From Minisyncoccota bacterium (GTDB lineage: Bacteria > Patescibacteriota > Minisyncoccia > Phycocordibacterales > UBA9973): a DNA stretch of 64,000 bases. The notes beneath the pieces are model-generated. The model was given only the letters and a program-made list of their open reading frames with translations, was not told the origin of the DNA and did not search any database. The stretch lies in assembly GCA_041661005.1 (NCBI GenBank), contig JBAZVG010000001.1:6019-70018 (forward strand), written 5' to 3'. This document shows, one piece after another, positions 62,273 to 64,000 of the stretch (within the stretch, counting starts at the first letter, position 1; every line of letters starts with the position of its first letter). The position numbers and the translations under genes are program-made.

Positions 62273-62725
62273 ATGAAATATAAAAAACAAATTGCAACTG
62301 GTGCCTTGGCGTTGTCGCTCCTAGTTGGAGGCTCTTCTGTTTTTGCTTCCACACCGCAAGATTTAGGTATAAAAGATATACAATCTATCTATCAAAAACA
62401 CGACAAGAATAATAAAAAAATAAAGATTAGAAATAAGATAAAAAACAGTGTCGTGGGGGTCGTGGAATCGATAAATGGTGCTGGTTTTACGATAGATATA
62501 AAAAATATGAAGACGCGAACCATGTTTTCAGCTGATGTCAAAACAAATGTTTCGACTCTATACAACAAAAATGGAATTAATGCGAATTTTTCTGATCTAA
62601 CCATAGGGCAAAAGGTAATCGTTGTGGGGGAGTTAGACAAAACAACGAATATAATAAATGCCAAAATAGTAAAAATTGTTGACCAAAATATGGGTTTCCA
62701 TAGGAATAAAAACAAAATTCAATAA
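62273..62725 (+). CDS. Secreted OB-fold protein (DUF5666-like)
   Basis: Signal peptide ending VFA; GVVESING...DLTIGQKVIVVG...INAKIV. Confidence 0.7.
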   Translation: MKYKKQIATGALALSLLVGGSSVFASTPQDLGIKDIQSIYQKHDKNNKKIKIRNKIKNSVVGVVESINGAGFTIDIKNMKTRTMFSADVKTNVSTLYNKNGINANFSDLTIGQKVIVVGELDKTTNIINAKIVKIVDQNMGFHRNKNKIQ

Positions 62726-62834
62726 AAACTTGTTGTTTTATAGAAAGTATGTTATTATAAAACAGCTTTCAAAAAAGCTCTGATCTTCTTTGGGGCTTTT
62801 TTGTTTAAACAAAAAAATTTAGTAAAATTTATTT

Positions 62835-64000
62835 ATGGAAATTAGGAATATTGCAATAATCGCCCATGTGGACCATGGTAAAACCACATTGACCGATGCT
62901 TTGATGAAGCAAAACGGCGGGCTTTTAGATGAAGGAGTATCGATGGATTCAAACGCTTTAGAGAAAGAGCGTGGTATTACTATTTATTCAAAAAATACTT
63001 CTATCTATTACAAGGATACCAAGATAAACATTGTGGATACTCCCGGCCATGCGGATTTCGGTTCGGAGGTGGAACGTGTTTTACGCGCGGTGGATTGCGT
63101 GCTTTTGCTTGTGGATGCCGTTGAAGGACCAATGCCTCAGACTAGATTCGTCTTAAAAAAATCTTTAGAGCTCGGGCTCAAGCCGATAGTGGTTATAAAT
63201 AAAATAGACAAGCCAGCTGCCGAACCGGACAGGGTGCATAATGAAATTCTGGAATTGTTTTTTGAATTGGGTGCGAGTGAAGAGCAGGCAAATTTTGAAA
63301 CAGTCTATGCGATCGGACGTGAAGGGAAGGCCTTCAAACATTTGAACGACAAATCTAGCGACCTTTCTCCCATTTTGGATGTAATTTTAGAAAAAGTTTT
63401 ACCCGCTTCTAGCGGGGCTACTAATGAAAAAATGTCTGCGCAAGTTTTTAACTTAGGTTATGACAATTTTTTGGGCAGAATGGCAGTGGCGCGAATATAT
63501 TCTGGGAAGATTTTTACTTCTAGCAATATTTTTGTAAAAGGAGAGCATGAGACACGCAAAGGTAAAATAACAAAACTTTTTTCTTTTGAGGGAATAACCA
63601 GAAAAGAAGTGGATTTTGCTACGACCGGCGATATTGTGCTTTTGGCCGGGATTCCAGACATATATATAGGTGAAACAATATGTGAAGATGAGTCTGTAGA
63701 ACAATTACCGCACATTGCCATCGATGAGCCCACTCTCTCTCTAAATTTTTTGGTGAATGATTCTCCGTTTGCGGGTAAGGAGGGAAAATTTGTCACCTCA
63801 AGGCAGATCAAAGAAAGATTGGAAAAAGAGCTTGAGATAAACGTTGGGTTAAAGGTTGATTTTTCTCCAGACCAGGGCGATAAATCAGGGCCGAGTTTTT
63901 TTAAAGTATACGGAAGAGGAGAGCTTCACGTAGCCATATTATTGGAAAATATGCGTCGAGAAGGATTTGAAATGCAGGTCTCTCAGCCGGAAGTTATTAT
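62835..64000 (+). CDS. typA: Translational GTPase TypA/BipA (runs off window)
   Basis: Manual translation [47 protein letters not shown]; not in the ORF track. Confidence 0.95.
   Translation, partial: MEIRNIAIIAHVDHGKTTLTDALMKQNGGLLDEGVSMDSNALEKERGITIYSKNTSIYYKDTKINIVDTPGHADFGSEVERVLRAVDCVLLLVDAVEGPMPQTRFVLKKSLELGLKPIVVINKIDKPAAEPDRVHNEILELFFELGASEEQANFETVYAIGREGKAFKHLNDKSSDLSPILDVILEKVLPASSGATNEKMSAQVFNLGYDNFLGRMAVARIYSGKIFTSSNIFVKGEHETRKGKITKLFSFEGITRKEVDFATTGDIVLLAGIPDIYIGETICEDESVEQLPHIAIDEPTLSLNFLVNDSPFAGKEGKFVTSRQIKERLEKELEINVGLKVDFSPDQGDKSGPSFFKVYGRGELHVAILLENMRREGFEMQVSQPEVI

Overview
AT-rich bacterial DNA (code 11) that reads as a Patescibacteria/CPR (Parcubacteria-like) chromosome; this lineage call is inferred from gene content, short IF2/RF2, the VirB2-like pilin array and a stand-alone 16S gene. 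Positions 1-10.3 kb form an accessory island ending at tRNA-Thr. It carries a serine recombinase, an XRE regulator, a cupredoxin with paralogous His-containing membrane proteins, a frameshifted APH, and a nucleotide-chemistry cluster (NTase, NDT, B12-radical SAM, CYTH, Cmk, HD). The rest is mostly core genome (prfB, ftsEX, pyrG, otsBA, smpB/tmRNA, ftsH, 16S rRNA, ddl-like, secA, murEDIC, rpsA, gyrA, rbfA, infB, iscS, clpB, typA), with 8 tRNAs in the window, five pilins, two free-standing homing-type endonucleases abutting tRNAs and an ApbE flavinylation cluster. Four signals stand out. (1) Small palindromic elements sit in-frame inside essential genes and in tRNA fragments. (2) Some hairpin elements share a core but have unrelated, locus-specific 20-24 bp inverted arms. 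(3) The B12-radical SAM/Cmk/CYTH cluster is a candidate nucleotide-analogue or defence system. (4) The 16S lacks an anti-Shine-Dalgarno tail, and at least 15 genes have leaderless-type promoters. All calls come from reading the sequence by eye; no searches were run.
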